Shown here piece after piece: positions 8,983-18,607 of a stretch of DNA of 64,000 nt; position 1 is the first letter of the stretch; each line of letters begins with the position of its first letter. Under the pieces are notes generated by a model. The model was not told the origin of the DNA. It worked only from the letters and a program-made list of their open reading frames with translations, and ran no database searches. The DNA is taken from the NCBI GenBank assembly GCA_965218795.1, contig OZ244653.1:4736001-4800000 (forward strand). Reading direction: 5' to 3'. The stretch is from a bacterium (GTDB lineage: Bacteria > UBA8248 > JACPRG01 > G963555815). The position numbers and the translations under genes were made by a program.

Positions 8983-9647
8983 GTCCGTCAGCCACGGGGA
9001 TGCTTTTGTCGCAAATGGAATGTTCGGCTTCATTGGAGCCGGAGTTTCACGAATGGTATGACGACGAGCACATTCCGGAGCGGATGAACGTCCCTGGATT
9101 CTTGAGCGCCGCGCGCTATGAGGTGATGGGCGAGGGTCCGAGATTCCTCGCCCGGTACAATCTTGAGGACCTGAGCACCCTGGAGCACCCGGATTACGTG
9201 AAGGTCAAGCAGCACCCATCCGATCGCACGGATAAGATTCTCTCCTCGGTCTCCCTGTTCACCCGGTATCTCGCCACGGTCTGCTCCGTTCATCAACGGC
9301 AGGACGCACCGGACCGACCGGGAGATTCTCCTTATATTCTTGTTGTTGCCTTCAACGTTCCCCAAGAAGCCCAGGAGGATCTGGCAAACTGGTATGAGCA
9401 GGAGCATTCGGAAATGCTTCTCAAGGCGAAAGGTTGGTGGAGATGCCTGCGGCTCAAAGTCGTCGCCGGAGAGCCCGAGCCGTGGACTGATATCGCGATC
9501 CATGAGTTGGCCGGCCCGGAAGTCCTTGAAGCTCCGGAGCGGTTGGAATCACGGAAGACACCCTGGGCCCAGCGCCTTCGCAGTCAGCCATGGTTCCAGG
9601 CGGGCAGCATGATCGTTTATCGAAAATTTGCGGATTGGCAAAGTTGA
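8979..9647 (+). CDS. tandem EthD/DUF4286-like dimeric alpha-beta barrel protein
   Basis: Two repeats: FHEWYDDEHIPERMNVPGFLSAARY and LANWYEQEHSEMLLKAKGWWRCLR. Confidence 0.7.
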   Translation: MSPSATGMLLSQMECSASLEPEFHEWYDDEHIPERMNVPGFLSAARYEVMGEGPRFLARYNLEDLSTLEHPDYVKVKQHPSDRTDKILSSVSLFTRYLATVCSVHQRQDAPDRPGDSPYILVVAFNVPQEAQEDLANWYEQEHSEMLLKAKGWWRCLRLKVVAGEPEPWTDIAIHELAGPEVLEAPERLESRKTPWAQRLRSQPWFQAGSMIVYRKFADWQS

Positions 9648-9688
9648 TTGACCAAGCGGCCTTTTGGGGCCTCGGGGAGAATTTCTGA

Positions 9689-10891
9689 ATGACTTCGCTT
9701 GCGCTTACGAACATCGGGGCCGTCATCTCCGGCTCGCTCGAGACCGGCCTGATTGACGCGGACACCATTCTGGTCGAGGACGGCAGGATCAAGGAGTTCG
9801 GCCGGGGGTTGGACGCCTCCGGTTGTGACCGGATCCTTGATTGTGTCGGCACGACCGTTGCGCCGGGTCTCATCGACGGCCACCTCCACGTGGTTATCGG
9901 CGATTACACGCCCCGCCAGAAAACCGTGGATTTTCTGGAGAGTTGGGTGCACGGCGGAGTCACCAGCGGCGTCTCCCCCAGCGAGGTTCACGCGCCGGGA
10001 CGACCTACGGACCCGGTGGGCGTCAAGGCTCTCGCTATTGCCGCGCACAAATGTTTCAGCCAATTTCGTCCGGGAGGGTTCAAGATGCACGCGGGCTCGG
10101 TCATCATCGAGCCGGGATTGGAGGAGAAGGATTTCGGGGAGATGGCGGCCGCGGGCGTCTGGCTTGCGAAGGTCGGATTTGGAAGTTTTGAGCGGCAGGC
10201 AGAGTCCGCGCCCATCGTCCGCATTGCCCAGCAGCATGGTTTCAAGGTCCTCTGTCACACGGGCGGCGCTTCCATTCCCGGAAGTTCCCCGGTCATGGAC
10301 GAGGACCTCATGGAAATCCTTCCCGACATCGCCGCCCATATCAATGGAGGCACGACGGCCTTGGCGGATGAAGGGCTCGAACGGGTCATCCGTGAGACGG
10401 ACATCGATTTGCAAATCTGCCAATGCGGCAATTTGCGGAGCGCCCTGCTTACCGTCGAGCGCTGTAAGGAGTTGGGCCAGCTGGGACGGATCGACATCGC
10501 CAGCGATTCCCCGTCGGGGACGGGAATCCTGCCGATGGGCGTCATCAAGTCCATTGTTGAGATCGCCTCCCTCGCCGGCCTGAAGCCCGAGGAGGCCTGG
10601 GCGCTCGGGAGCGGGGCCCCGGCCGATCATTGGGGGCTGAAGGATCAGGGCAAGATCGCGGTGGGCGCAGCGGCTGATTTGGTCGTCATGGATGCGCCGC
10701 TGGGTTCCGTGGCTGCGAATGCCTTGGAAGCCATCGCATTGGGGGACATCCCCGGGATCACGGGCGTTCTGATCGACGGGCGGGTTTGGGCCATGAAGAG
10801 CCGGAACACACCCGCAGCCACGCGGTTCTGCCAATGGGAACGGGTCGGGCCCGAAGGCTCCCCCAACGTCGCCGATCATCTGGGTTGGTAG
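9689..10891 (+). CDS. enamidase-like binuclear-metal amidohydrolase
   Basis: PGLIDGHLH, GDYTPRQ, HGGVT, EVHAPGRP, IIEPG, CHTGG, HINGG and SDSPSGTG fit the enamidase subfamily. Confidence 0.8.
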   Translation: MTSLALTNIGAVISGSLETGLIDADTILVEDGRIKEFGRGLDASGCDRILDCVGTTVAPGLIDGHLHVVIGDYTPRQKTVDFLESWVHGGVTSGVSPSEVHAPGRPTDPVGVKALAIAAHKCFSQFRPGGFKMHAGSVIIEPGLEEKDFGEMAAAGVWLAKVGFGSFERQAESAPIVRIAQQHGFKVLCHTGGASIPGSSPVMDEDLMEILPDIAAHINGGTTALADEGLERVIRETDIDLQICQCGNLRSALLTVERCKELGQLGRIDIASDSPSGTGILPMGVIKSIVEIASLAGLKPEEAWALGSGAPADHWGLKDQGKIAVGAAADLVVMDAPLGSVAANALEAIALGDIPGITGVLIDGRVWAMKSRNTPAATRFCQWERVGPEGSPNVADHLGW

Positions 10892-10929
10892 GAAATGCGA
10901 TTCAGTGGATGAAGCCGGCGCGGCTGGTC

Positions 10930-11247
10930 TTTTGAAGATTCCGAAGTCACCGACTTTCTCACCCACGACTCGGGAAAGCTCCGAAACAGGGAGATGGCCG
11001 ATTCTTGCCTGTGCGGGAGGTTGGGGCTATTTCACACTGCGCCCCCCACCTCCAGGCCGGAACGGGGTTCCAGATCCTTAGCGATTCCGTAGAGTCGATT
11101 CAGACGGCCCCGTTCATAAGGCGGGCGTCGAAAGTTCCATGGGTCCTCGACCCGGCAGAACAGTTTCTCGTAGGCCTCGGGCTTTTCCTGATTTCGAGAG
11201 AGCTCAAACCGGGTGCTGCTCAACAGTTGCTTGAGGGATAGCATCAT
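10930..11247 (-). pseudogene. NodS-like SAM methyltransferase remnant
   Basis: YEKLFCRVEDPWNFRRPPYERGRL...PRSGLEVGGA then a stop at 11032. The downstream frame is broken and the left boundary is approximate. Confidence 0.55.
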
Positions 11248-11425
11248 GCCCCTTCCAAAAACTGCCCCGCCCAAGCGGACAACCCTATATTTCATGTTCA
11301 TGGAATCAAGAGAAGGACCGCAAAATAGTTCACCAAAGGTCTGACTCACCGGCGCTTTTGAGGTGAAGGGGTTGGAGACAACGCATGGGTTCTATTTTCC
11401 AATGTCTGATAGAAGGAGATGAAAC

Positions 11426-12019
11426 GTGGCCTGGATTCCCACCATTGATGAGTCGGATGCTGAAGGGCTTCTCAAGGAAAATTATGAAATTCTCAAGAAG
11501 ACACGCGGAGACATCCCGAACGTCCACAGGGCGCATAGCATCAAGCCGGAGCTCATGGCGGCCTATCGAGAATTCGGCTCAGCCGTAACCTTTGGGGCGA
11601 CCAGTCTTGGACGGGAGCGTGAAGAAATGCTCTCCGTCACCATCTCCGCATTATTGGGATGCAAGTACTGAACGGTCTCTCACGGAGAGTTTCTCTGTGA
11701 GGTCAGTTCGGGAGACGCGAAGAAAAAGGCCATTGCCCTGAAGGAGGATTATCGGAAGGCGGGGCTCAGTCCAGCCGATGAGGCGATGATGGAGTTCGCG
11801 GAGAAAATTACACTCCATCCCAGCACCCTCACCCGTGAGGATGTCGATCATCTCCGGACTCATGGGTTCGACGACCGGGCCATTCTGGAGATTGCCACCG
11901 TCTCGGCTTATCGAAATTACATCGCCCGAGTCGCCAGCGCCCTGGGCGTGGAGGTGGACGAAGGCATTTTTGCAGATGACCCGGAGGTTCGGGCGAGGTT
12001 GGAAGAGGGACTGGTTTAG
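11426..12019 (+). CDS. AhpD/carboxymuconolactone decarboxylase-like peroxidase-related selenoprotein (CxxU; Sec at TGA 11669-11671)
   Basis: ORFs 11426-11671 and 11786-12019 share a frame and join through one TGA: ...ISALLG-C-K-Y-U-TVSH..., where the family has CxYC-xx-H. A hairpin follows the UGA. RBS AGGAG at 11414-11418. selA and selB are in the window. Confidence 0.9.
11679..11701 (+). promoter_or_regulatory. bacterial SECIS-like stem-loop
   Basis: CTCACGGAGA-GTT-TCTCTGTGAG forms a 10-bp stem (one G-U) starting 8 nt after the in-frame UGA, with G first in the loop. Confidence 0.7.
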
Positions 12020-12105
12020 TCAAGGAATTCGGCTGATAGCGTAGGGATCGAATTCGGATTTGACATTTTCCTTATTTTGACAAGGGGGAGCGCCAATTTC
12101 CTTCC

Positions 12106-12417
12106 TTACAGCCCCTTTTCCTTCTTGAGCGTGTGTTTGGCCCGGGCCTCTCCCTCGGCGTGGGGTTTCGTGTCGTGTTCCCAGAGGAGTTTTTCCATCG
12201 TTTTCTGGATGACCTCAGCTTCCTCCGAGAATCCAAGTGCTCCGAGGCACTTCAGGGCCATAGCGAGAGAGTTATAATTGGCCGGGTAGGAATCCGAGCA
12301 GGCGGCGTAGGCCTTACGGGCCAAGTCCAAGGCCTTTTCCGGGTCACCTTCATCAAGGGCGGAGTGGGACGACTCCAAAAGCTCATGATACTGTTTCAAA
12401 TGCGGATTGTTGTCCAT
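12106..12417 (-). CDS. small helical, TPR-like hypothetical protein
   Basis: ALDEGDPEKALDLARKAY...SLAMALKCLGALGFSEEA pattern. RBS GGGAG. Co-oriented with the upstream genes. Confidence 0.65.
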   Translation of the reverse strand: MDNNPHLKQYHELLESSHSALDEGDPEKALDLARKAYAACSDSYPANYNSLAMALKCLGALGFSEEAEVIQKTMEKLLWEHDTKPHAEGEARAKHTLKKEKGL

Positions 12418-12573
12418 TGAATTCTCCCTGGGCTTCGGAAGTCCGGCCCCCTTCTCAGCTTTCCAGCATGGATTGCTCGAATCGCCTGAGGGCAGATTAT
12501 CAAATGTAGAGCCGCTCGAACAAACGATTCGAGGGCGATTGGAGGAAGGCTGCCCCGGTCCACGGGGTCGTTC

Positions 12574-13473
12574 TCACGAATCGGAGCTGCCGAAGGTGTC
12601 TGAGGGTGAAGCGGACTGGATGACATCCTCCCATGCCAAAAGGCGGTCCCGCTTTTGGTCCGCGCCGCTGCCATCGTAAATGGCAATCAGGTTTCGACAC
12701 ATCCGAGCCAGAATGGCGCGGCTGCCCACCGGCGCATCCAATTCACTCTGGACGGAATACCCCATGGTGCGGAGGAAGCTTACGCACTCCTGGCGGCTCA
12801 TGTTTCGCCCGCCGTGGAAAGTGTCGATGTAGACAGGTTCCATCCCCGCCCGGTCCCTCCGGAATCTCACCAGGAAATGACCCGGGGCTGAGATCCCCTC
12901 CAGGGGTAATCCGATCCGTTTTGCAATTAAGAGATACAACGAGGACAAGCTGACAGGGATTCCAAGTTTTCGGTCCAGAACGCAGTTCAGATAACTGTTT
13001 TCCGGCTCCCGATATCCTTGAACGTTCCCGCGAAACTCCGAGTCGAAGTGCAGGTAGCGCTGGAGAGCCTTGAGCGCGTCGAGATCCCGGACGCCTCGTA
13101 AAAGGGGATCGATATCGGCCGCCATCCCATCCAGACGGTTTCTGTAATTGTCTTCGTTGAGGTCGGGGTATTCGAGTCGGGTCAGCAGAAACCAGCCTTC
13201 CTCCAGATTCGGGTCGGGCCCGCCTGGGTTCACCCAACGACGAAGCCGATCCGTCATCCAATGCTCATGAATTTTGCCGAGCGTCTCCCGCGCTCGCGCT
13301 TGCGCCAGCGTATTTTTGCCCCCTTCCGCTTCTTGTTGAAGCAACTCCCGAACGCTCTCGCCCAGATTCAGGAGTTGCTCTTCGACAAAGGGCCAGACGC
13401 GAGGGTCCGGATCGCGCATCAATGAAATGAGCGCATCCATCGAATTCGGAGATATAGTTTGTTTTTCGTTCAT
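12574..13473 (-). CDS. SirB1/YchA-family (transglutaminase-like core) protein
   Basis: FRGNVQGYREPENSYLNCVLDRKLGIPVSLSSLY, GISAPGHFLVR, YIDTFHGG, ILARMCRNLIAIY. Confidence 0.88.
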   Translation of the reverse strand: MNEKQTISPNSMDALISLMRDPDPRVWPFVEEQLLNLGESVRELLQQEAEGGKNTLAQARARETLGKIHEHWMTDRLRRWVNPGGPDPNLEEGWFLLTRLEYPDLNEDNYRNRLDGMAADIDPLLRGVRDLDALKALQRYLHFDSEFRGNVQGYREPENSYLNCVLDRKLGIPVSLSSLYLLIAKRIGLPLEGISAPGHFLVRFRRDRAGMEPVYIDTFHGGRNMSRQECVSFLRTMGYSVQSELDAPVGSRAILARMCRNLIAIYDGSGADQKRDRLLAWEDVIQSASPSDTFGSSDS

Positions 13474-13533
13474 TCTTTGGCGGATTCCCAACGGGTCGCT
13501 GGAACCTGAACTTTGGCCCAGTACCGCGAAGTC

Positions 13534-13920
13534 CTACCTTCCGTTGGTGCCCGTCGAAACGGGCCGGTTCCTCAGCGGATCGGATTCCGAATAGAGAATC
13601 CGAATCGTATCTCCAATTCTGATTGCCGTCCACCTTTCGGGTTTCCCCGATGACCGGCCCTCCACGAATCCTCCGTTGCGCGTCTGAAACCGGTAAATGA
13701 TGCGCGTGGTCAAGGTTCCCGCCGCATTCCGAAACGAGTCTTTTGCGACCACCTGCCCTTCAGCCATGACGGGGCGTTCGTTGGAAGATTTCTGGCCAAA
13801 AAGTGGAAAGTACCAAAAATGAAGAGAAAGCGTGGCCGCAAGGATCAAACCCGCCGCCCAGCCGAATAACAGGCGCCCCCGCCGGCTTACATTCGGAGTC
13901 GGTGCCCGTCGTTTCGTCAC
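13534..13920 (-). CDS. DUF3592-like single-TM membrane protein
   Basis: N-terminal TM helix, then AEGQVVAK...IIYRFQTRNG...IGDTIRILYSESDP. Confidence 0.65.
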   Translation of the reverse strand: MTKRRAPTPNVSRRGRLLFGWAAGLILAATLSLHFWYFPLFGQKSSNERPVMAEGQVVAKDSFRNAAGTLTTRIIYRFQTRNGGFVEGRSSGKPERWTAIRIGDTIRILYSESDPLRNRPVSTGTNGR

Positions 13921-14105
13921 CCGTCACTTCCGGATTGCGCTGATTCCATCTGGCCCTTGGGGCTTGCTCAAGGCCAATGAATGGGTGGAGCCTGGCGACG
14001 CAGGGATATCCCTGTAATTATAGCACGGGGAGGGGGGGGGAAGGATTGGATATGAAAAAGGGAGGAAAGGCTATGGAGCGGCCCGCCGCGCCGTTCGAAG
14101 GGTAT

Positions 14106-14303
14106 TCAGGTATGGCCGGCTCCTTCGAGGATCGAATTGATCCGGATGACCCGGCCAAGCCGCTCGCCGGTCAAGAAGGTGCCTTGTGTGAGACCGACCA
14201 GTTCAAACCGTCCATCCCGAATGGCAGTGGCGGACGTCCCGCTGTCCCCGGGGTTCAACCCATTGCTGACCATGAAGACATTGGTCTTGTCCGTCTTATC
14301 CAA
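14106..14303 (-). pseudogene. C-terminal remnant of a trypsin-like serine protease
   Basis: FMVSNGLNPGDSGTSATAIRDGRFELVGLTQG carries the GDSG nucleophile motif. No N-terminal His/Asp region is present. Confidence 0.55.
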
Positions 14304-14465
14304 TAAGTTCGTATCTATTTGAAGTGTAAATAGTTGATGCATCGATACCGTTGGGATTTCTTGACTTTTCAACAAGGCGATGCTAATTGATGATTGTTCC
14401 CGTACCGGTCGGGTTCTTCTCTGAAGTCCACCCTCCCGAGCTTCGCCAAGAAAGGTTGAAAATCG

Positions 14466-15215
14466 ATGTCCGGGCACTCGAAATGGTCGACTATCAAGCA
14501 CAAAAAGGCTGCGACGGACGCCAAGAGGGGGAAAATATTTACCGGGTTGATCAAGGAAATTACCGTCTCCGCCCGGTTGGGCGGCAAGGATCTGGAGGGC
14601 AATCCGAGACTTCGGACCGCCGTTGCGGCGGCCAGGAACGCCAATATGCCCCAAGACAATATTGAGCGCGCAATCCTCAAGGGCGTCGGTGAGCTTGAAG
14701 GAGTGACCTATGATGAGGTCACGTATGAAGGCTATGGCCCAGGTGGGGTCGCTGTGTTGCTCCAGGTGGTGACCGACAATCGCAACAGGATGGTTGCGGA
14801 GCTCCGTCACATCTTTTCAAAGTCCGGCGGAAATCTAGCCGAGGCCGGCGCAGTGGCTTGGATGTTCGAGAAGAAAGGGGTCGTACTGGTGGAGCGGGAG
14901 AAGGCCGTCGAGGATGAGTTGCTGGAATTGGTTCTGGAAGCGGGCGCCGAGGACCTCGCGGCGGAATCCAATCATTTTGTCGTGGCAACCGCTCACGAAT
15001 CACTTAATGAAGTTCGCGACTTTTTAACCGAACAGGGCGTTGCGATTCTTTCGGCGGAACAGACCATGATTCCCCAGGGTACTGTCGCCGTTGCCGCCGA
15101 CAATGCCCGCCGAATTCTTACTCTGATGGATTCACTCGATGACCATGACGACGTGCAGAACGTCTATTCGAATTTCGACATTCCCGAGTCGGTTCTGGAA
15201 GAAGTGGGGGCTTGA
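14466..15215 (+). CDS. yebC: YebC/PmpR family protein
   Basis: MSGHSKWSTIKHKK, NPRLR, YEGYGPGGVA, TDNRNR, DDVQNVYSNF. Confidence 0.97.
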   Translation: MSGHSKWSTIKHKKAATDAKRGKIFTGLIKEITVSARLGGKDLEGNPRLRTAVAAARNANMPQDNIERAILKGVGELEGVTYDEVTYEGYGPGGVAVLLQVVTDNRNRMVAELRHIFSKSGGNLAEAGAVAWMFEKKGVVLVEREKAVEDELLELVLEAGAEDLAAESNHFVVATAHESLNEVRDFLTEQGVAILSAEQTMIPQGTVAVAADNARRILTLMDSLDDHDDVQNVYSNFDIPESVLEEVGA

Positions 15216-15291
15216 CATTCGTTCCCTGCAATAGCCATCCGTTCCTTGAGGATTCCGGCCGGACTTGATTTTCCGCCCACACCGGGATCCG

Positions 15292-16431
15292 TCATCCTGT
15301 AAATTCCAGAATGTCCAGACCGTCGAATCTATCGAGCAGGTAGATCAGCCCGTCGGCGTCCATGAACACGTCGTTACTCTGGACCATCGTCTGGCCTTTC
15401 CCCGGTTCCGGGACGAAATGCCCCACTTCCTCGGGCCGGTAGGGGTTGGTGATATCCAAAACCCGCATCCCGCCGGCAAACCAGGTCAGGCACAGGATGT
15501 TGTGTTCATACACCTGCTCCTGTGGCTGGTGGGCGCCGAACCACTCATCTCCGTCGTAATCGTGGTCTTGCGGATAGGACCATGTGGAGACCGGGATTGG
15601 GTTGGTTTCATCGGTGATATCGACCATCCAGAACCAGCCGTTGGGTTTGGAGGCCAGCCGGTCGCCGACGTCCTCGTCCGTGGCGGCCATGAATCGACGG
15701 CCATTCAAATCGTGGGGGATGGGAAGCGCCGTGTGGGTAGGACAGGGGTATGGGGGGCTCCAGTCCAGGTGGCTCACCATGCGGGGCCGGCTCATGTCCG
15801 AGATATCCAGTATTACAAACCCGCCCAGCCAATAACTGACGTACAGGCGCTCGCCGAGTTTGAGCGGATGATGGCATTTGTGGCGGGTGCCCTCCCATGT
15901 GGGAGTTTCTCCGCCTTCCACCCATTGTCCCGGCAGCCACCAGCGCCCGACTTCTTCGGGTTTCTCCGGATTCTTCAGATCGGCGATCAGAACAATGTTT
16001 CCGAGATACCCATCCATAAAGGGCGAGAAATATACATAGCGCCCATCGAAGTCGAACCGGTGGACGCCTCGCTCCGCGGTTCGGAAAAGGGCGATTTCTT
16101 TTGGCTTGGTGGGGTCGGAAACGTCGTACACCCTGAGACCGACTTCCGTGGCGGGCCCGTCACCGTAACGCTCGACGTTGGTGAGCATGATTCCGTCATG
16201 GGCGCGCACCTTATGGGTGTGAACGCCTTCGGGAATCTCGATATGCGAAAGCGTCCGGATGTTCTTCGGATCGGAGACGTCCAGGATTGTGGTTCCGTAG
16301 GGCGCTTGCATGTGGCCGATATAGGCCAGCTTGTCGACGACCGTGACCTGGCCGCCGCCCGGCATATCCGTCCGTCCGACCCGCCGGACGTTTTCGGAGC
16401 TCCCGTGAAGGTGTTTGTACTTGGACATCAT
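15292..16431 (-). CDS. LVIVD-repeat beta-propeller protein
   Basis: Repeats TILDVSDPKN, RVYDVSDPTKP, VILDISDMSRP, MVDITDETNP, VLDITNPYRP, plus several conserved His. Confidence 0.88.
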   Translation of the reverse strand: MMSKYKHLHGSSENVRRVGRTDMPGGGQVTVVDKLAYIGHMQAPYGTTILDVSDPKNIRTLSHIEIPEGVHTHKVRAHDGIMLTNVERYGDGPATEVGLRVYDVSDPTKPKEIALFRTAERGVHRFDFDGRYVYFSPFMDGYLGNIVLIADLKNPEKPEEVGRWWLPGQWVEGGETPTWEGTRHKCHHPLKLGERLYVSYWLGGFVILDISDMSRPRMVSHLDWSPPYPCPTHTALPIPHDLNGRRFMAATDEDVGDRLASKPNGWFWMVDITDETNPIPVSTWSYPQDHDYDGDEWFGAHQPQEQVYEHNILCLTWFAGGMRVLDITNPYRPEEVGHFVPEPGKGQTMVQSNDVFMDADGLIYLLDRFDGLDILEFTG

Positions 16432-16678
16432 TGAATCCCTTCCGGCTGTTGAGCAGGCGTGCATTCTATCATGCGCAATTGATGTCGAAGCGAATGAGGA
16501 CATTGGGGTCCATCAGGATTTTCTCGGCATGTGGGCGTGATGAAAAGTGTCAATCTGGACCTCTTTCGCCAGCCGCTTTATACAGTATGCGGAATGGCCG
16601 TTCTTTCCCTCGTGGTGCTCTTGGCCGTTGGTGCCTTCGTGCTGAGGCGGGCCCCGCGATATCGCTCCTCTGAGCAGG

Positions 16679-17332
16679 TTAATCGGACAGGCAGGCAACG
16701 ACGTCTTCCCAGGGAATAGGGCCCTCCCTGAGCAGGACAGGTTTTTCTTTTCTCACGTCGACCATCGTCGAGGGCAAGCCGCCCGGCGTTCCTCCGGCAT
16801 CCAGCACCAGATCCAGGCGGTCCCCCAAAGCGCGGATGACTTCCTCTGCCATGCGGGGAGGATTCGTTCCCGTCCGGTTGGCGCTTGTTGCGGTCAGAGG
16901 AACTCCCGCCAGACGGGTGACCTCGATGGCCAGCCAAGAGCCAGGCACGCGAACGCTCACGGCGTCTCCCTCACCCAAAATGCCCGTGGGCAGCCCCTCC
17001 TTTGCATCCAGGATCAGGCTCAGGGGCCCCGGCCAGAATCTCTCCATGAGGGCCATCCCGATTTTCGGGATTCTCGCCGCAACCATCCCAGCCATATCCA
17101 TATTGGCCAGCAGGAGACCTACGGGTTTCCCCTCCGATCTGCCTTTCACGTCGAGGACCTGATTCACTGTCTTCTGATTCAGGCCGTTGGCGGCGAGGGC
17201 ATAGAAGGTTTCCGTCGGAAGACCGAGGAGGCCCTCCGCCCCGATGACCTTCGCGGCTTCTTCAAGGCTGGGGGCGTCGGGGTTGTCCGGGTCGACGGCA
17301 ATTCGCCGCGCCCTCGCGGAATCCGGCGTCAA
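16679..17332 (-). CDS. tsaC: L-threonylcarbamoyladenylate synthase (TsaC/Sua5)
   Basis: PTETFYALA, KGR..KP, FWPGPLS, VRVP, TSANRTG, PSTMVD, LREGPI. Confidence 0.95.
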   Translation of the reverse strand: MTPDSARARRIAVDPDNPDAPSLEEAAKVIGAEGLLGLPTETFYALAANGLNQKTVNQVLDVKGRSEGKPVGLLLANMDMAGMVAARIPKIGMALMERFWPGPLSLILDAKEGLPTGILGEGDAVSVRVPGSWLAIEVTRLAGVPLTATSANRTGTNPPRMAEEVIRALGDRLDLVLDAGGTPGGLPSTMVDVRKEKPVLLREGPIPWEDVVACLSD

Positions 17333-17826
17333 GGAAGCCCCCCGATGCGCTTTGACTTCTCTGCGACTTCGTCGGACATTTTTTCGCGAAAGCTCTTGAG
17401 GCGTAAAGCAAGATCGGTATCGCTCAGCGCGAGGATCTCAGCGGCGAGAAGGGCGGCATTATAAGCCCCTGCCTTTCCAATGGCCACAGTCGCCACCGGA
17501 ACCCCTTTCGGCATCTGGACCGTTGAAAGAACCGAGTCGATTCCATTCAATGCGCTGTCGAGGGGAACGCCGATGACAGGTTTGAGCGTTTCGCCCGCGA
17601 CGACTCCCGCAAGATGGGCCGCGCCGCCGGCCCCGGCGATAAAGACCTTTGTTCCCTGACCATCGGCCTTCCGAACGAAGTCTCTCACCCTGTCCGGGGT
17701 ACGATGGGCCGACGCGACCAGGAATTCGTAAGGGATGTTCAGCGCATCCAGGACGCCAAAGGCCTCTGCCATCACAGTGTGATCGCTGTCGCTTCCCATC
17801 ATGATGCCGATCATTGGAGCGCTCAT
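17329..17826 (-). CDS. purE: N5-carboxyaminoimidazole ribonucleotide mutase
   Basis: IMMGSDSD, SAHRTP, AGAGGAAHLAG, STVQMPKGVPVATVAI. Confidence 0.97.
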   Translation of the reverse strand: MSAPMIGIMMGSDSDHTVMAEAFGVLDALNIPYEFLVASAHRTPDRVRDFVRKADGQGTKVFIAGAGGAAHLAGVVAGETLKPVIGVPLDSALNGIDSVLSTVQMPKGVPVATVAIGKAGAYNAALLAAEILALSDTDLALRLKSFREKMSDEVAEKSKRIGGLP

Positions 17827-17838
17827 CGCCTCCACTCC

Positions 17839-18537
17839 TCATCCAGTCTCCCTCTGGTTTCCATAGATCAGCCGCATGTCCGGCTTCTCCGTACAGAAGT
17901 AATGGACCCATACGTAGGCATGGTTGAAGAAGGCGAGGGCAACCGCCATCAGTGAATCACAAGCGACGGCGATCGCCCAGAGGAACAAAAATCCATACGT
18001 GTACATGCTGTTGCTTGAATACTTGAAGATGCCTTTTTTCACCAACGGCAAGGTTCGGTATGACGCGTCGAAGTGATCGATCCCGAAGGCGCGTCGAAAT
18101 CCGAAGTATTTCGCCACGGAATAGAACGTGAAGATTGCCGGCGGCGTCGCCATGAGTAGAATGATCGCGGTGATTCGGGGGTGAAGTCCAAGCGAGCCTC
18201 GATCCGATATCCCCAGACCGAGCAACGCCAGGACGCGGCAGATTCCAAGGATTGCGAACAGGACCGCATAGAGTTCAAATCCCTTGCGCCCCAAATTCCG
18301 GGTGATGGCGGAATAGCAGAGTTCCAGCCTCCAGGCCACCCACACCAGCATCTGATGCAGGATGGGCATGACCCAGGCAAGAAGGAACCACGTCCGGGTG
18401 CTCAGGCCCAGAAAGACCGTCTCGCCTGCCCCGAATCGGCCCCAAGCAAGCCCTATGATTCCTGATAAGACGATGAGAGAGAGCAGGTGAAGGGGTTGCT
18501 TACTGAAAAAACAGCTTTTTCCACACTCCTGGCTCAT
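17839..18537 (-). CDS. PEMT-family (phospholipid methyltransferase-like) membrane protein
   Basis: Several TM helices; FGFRRAFGIDHFD, LVKKGIFKYSSNSMY, HYFCTEKPDMRLIYG. Confidence 0.75.
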   Translation of the reverse strand: MSQECGKSCFFSKQPLHLLSLIVLSGIIGLAWGRFGAGETVFLGLSTRTWFLLAWVMPILHQMLVWVAWRLELCYSAITRNLGRKGFELYAVLFAILGICRVLALLGLGISDRGSLGLHPRITAIILLMATPPAIFTFYSVAKYFGFRRAFGIDHFDASYRTLPLVKKGIFKYSSNSMYTYGFLFLWAIAVACDSLMAVALAFFNHAYVWVHYFCTEKPDMRLIYGNQRETG

Positions 18538-18607
18538 TGGATATTCATGGGGCTTTATCGAATCCTGGATTCAGGTGAAAGAGCGAGTCCAAAGGGGCGG
18601 CCCCATT

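Noticed and set aside
9617-10966. 449-aa minus-strand ORF
   Set aside because: Fully overlaps the amidohydrolase on the opposite strand and has no motifs; a GC-rich shadow ORF.
15265-16434. 389-aa plus-strand ORF
   Set aside because: Antisense to the LVIVD-repeat gene.
16531-16719. 62-aa ORF with a hydrophobic stretch
   Set aside because: Could be a small membrane protein, but it overlaps the tsaC 3' end and has no clear RBS or family motif; insufficient support.
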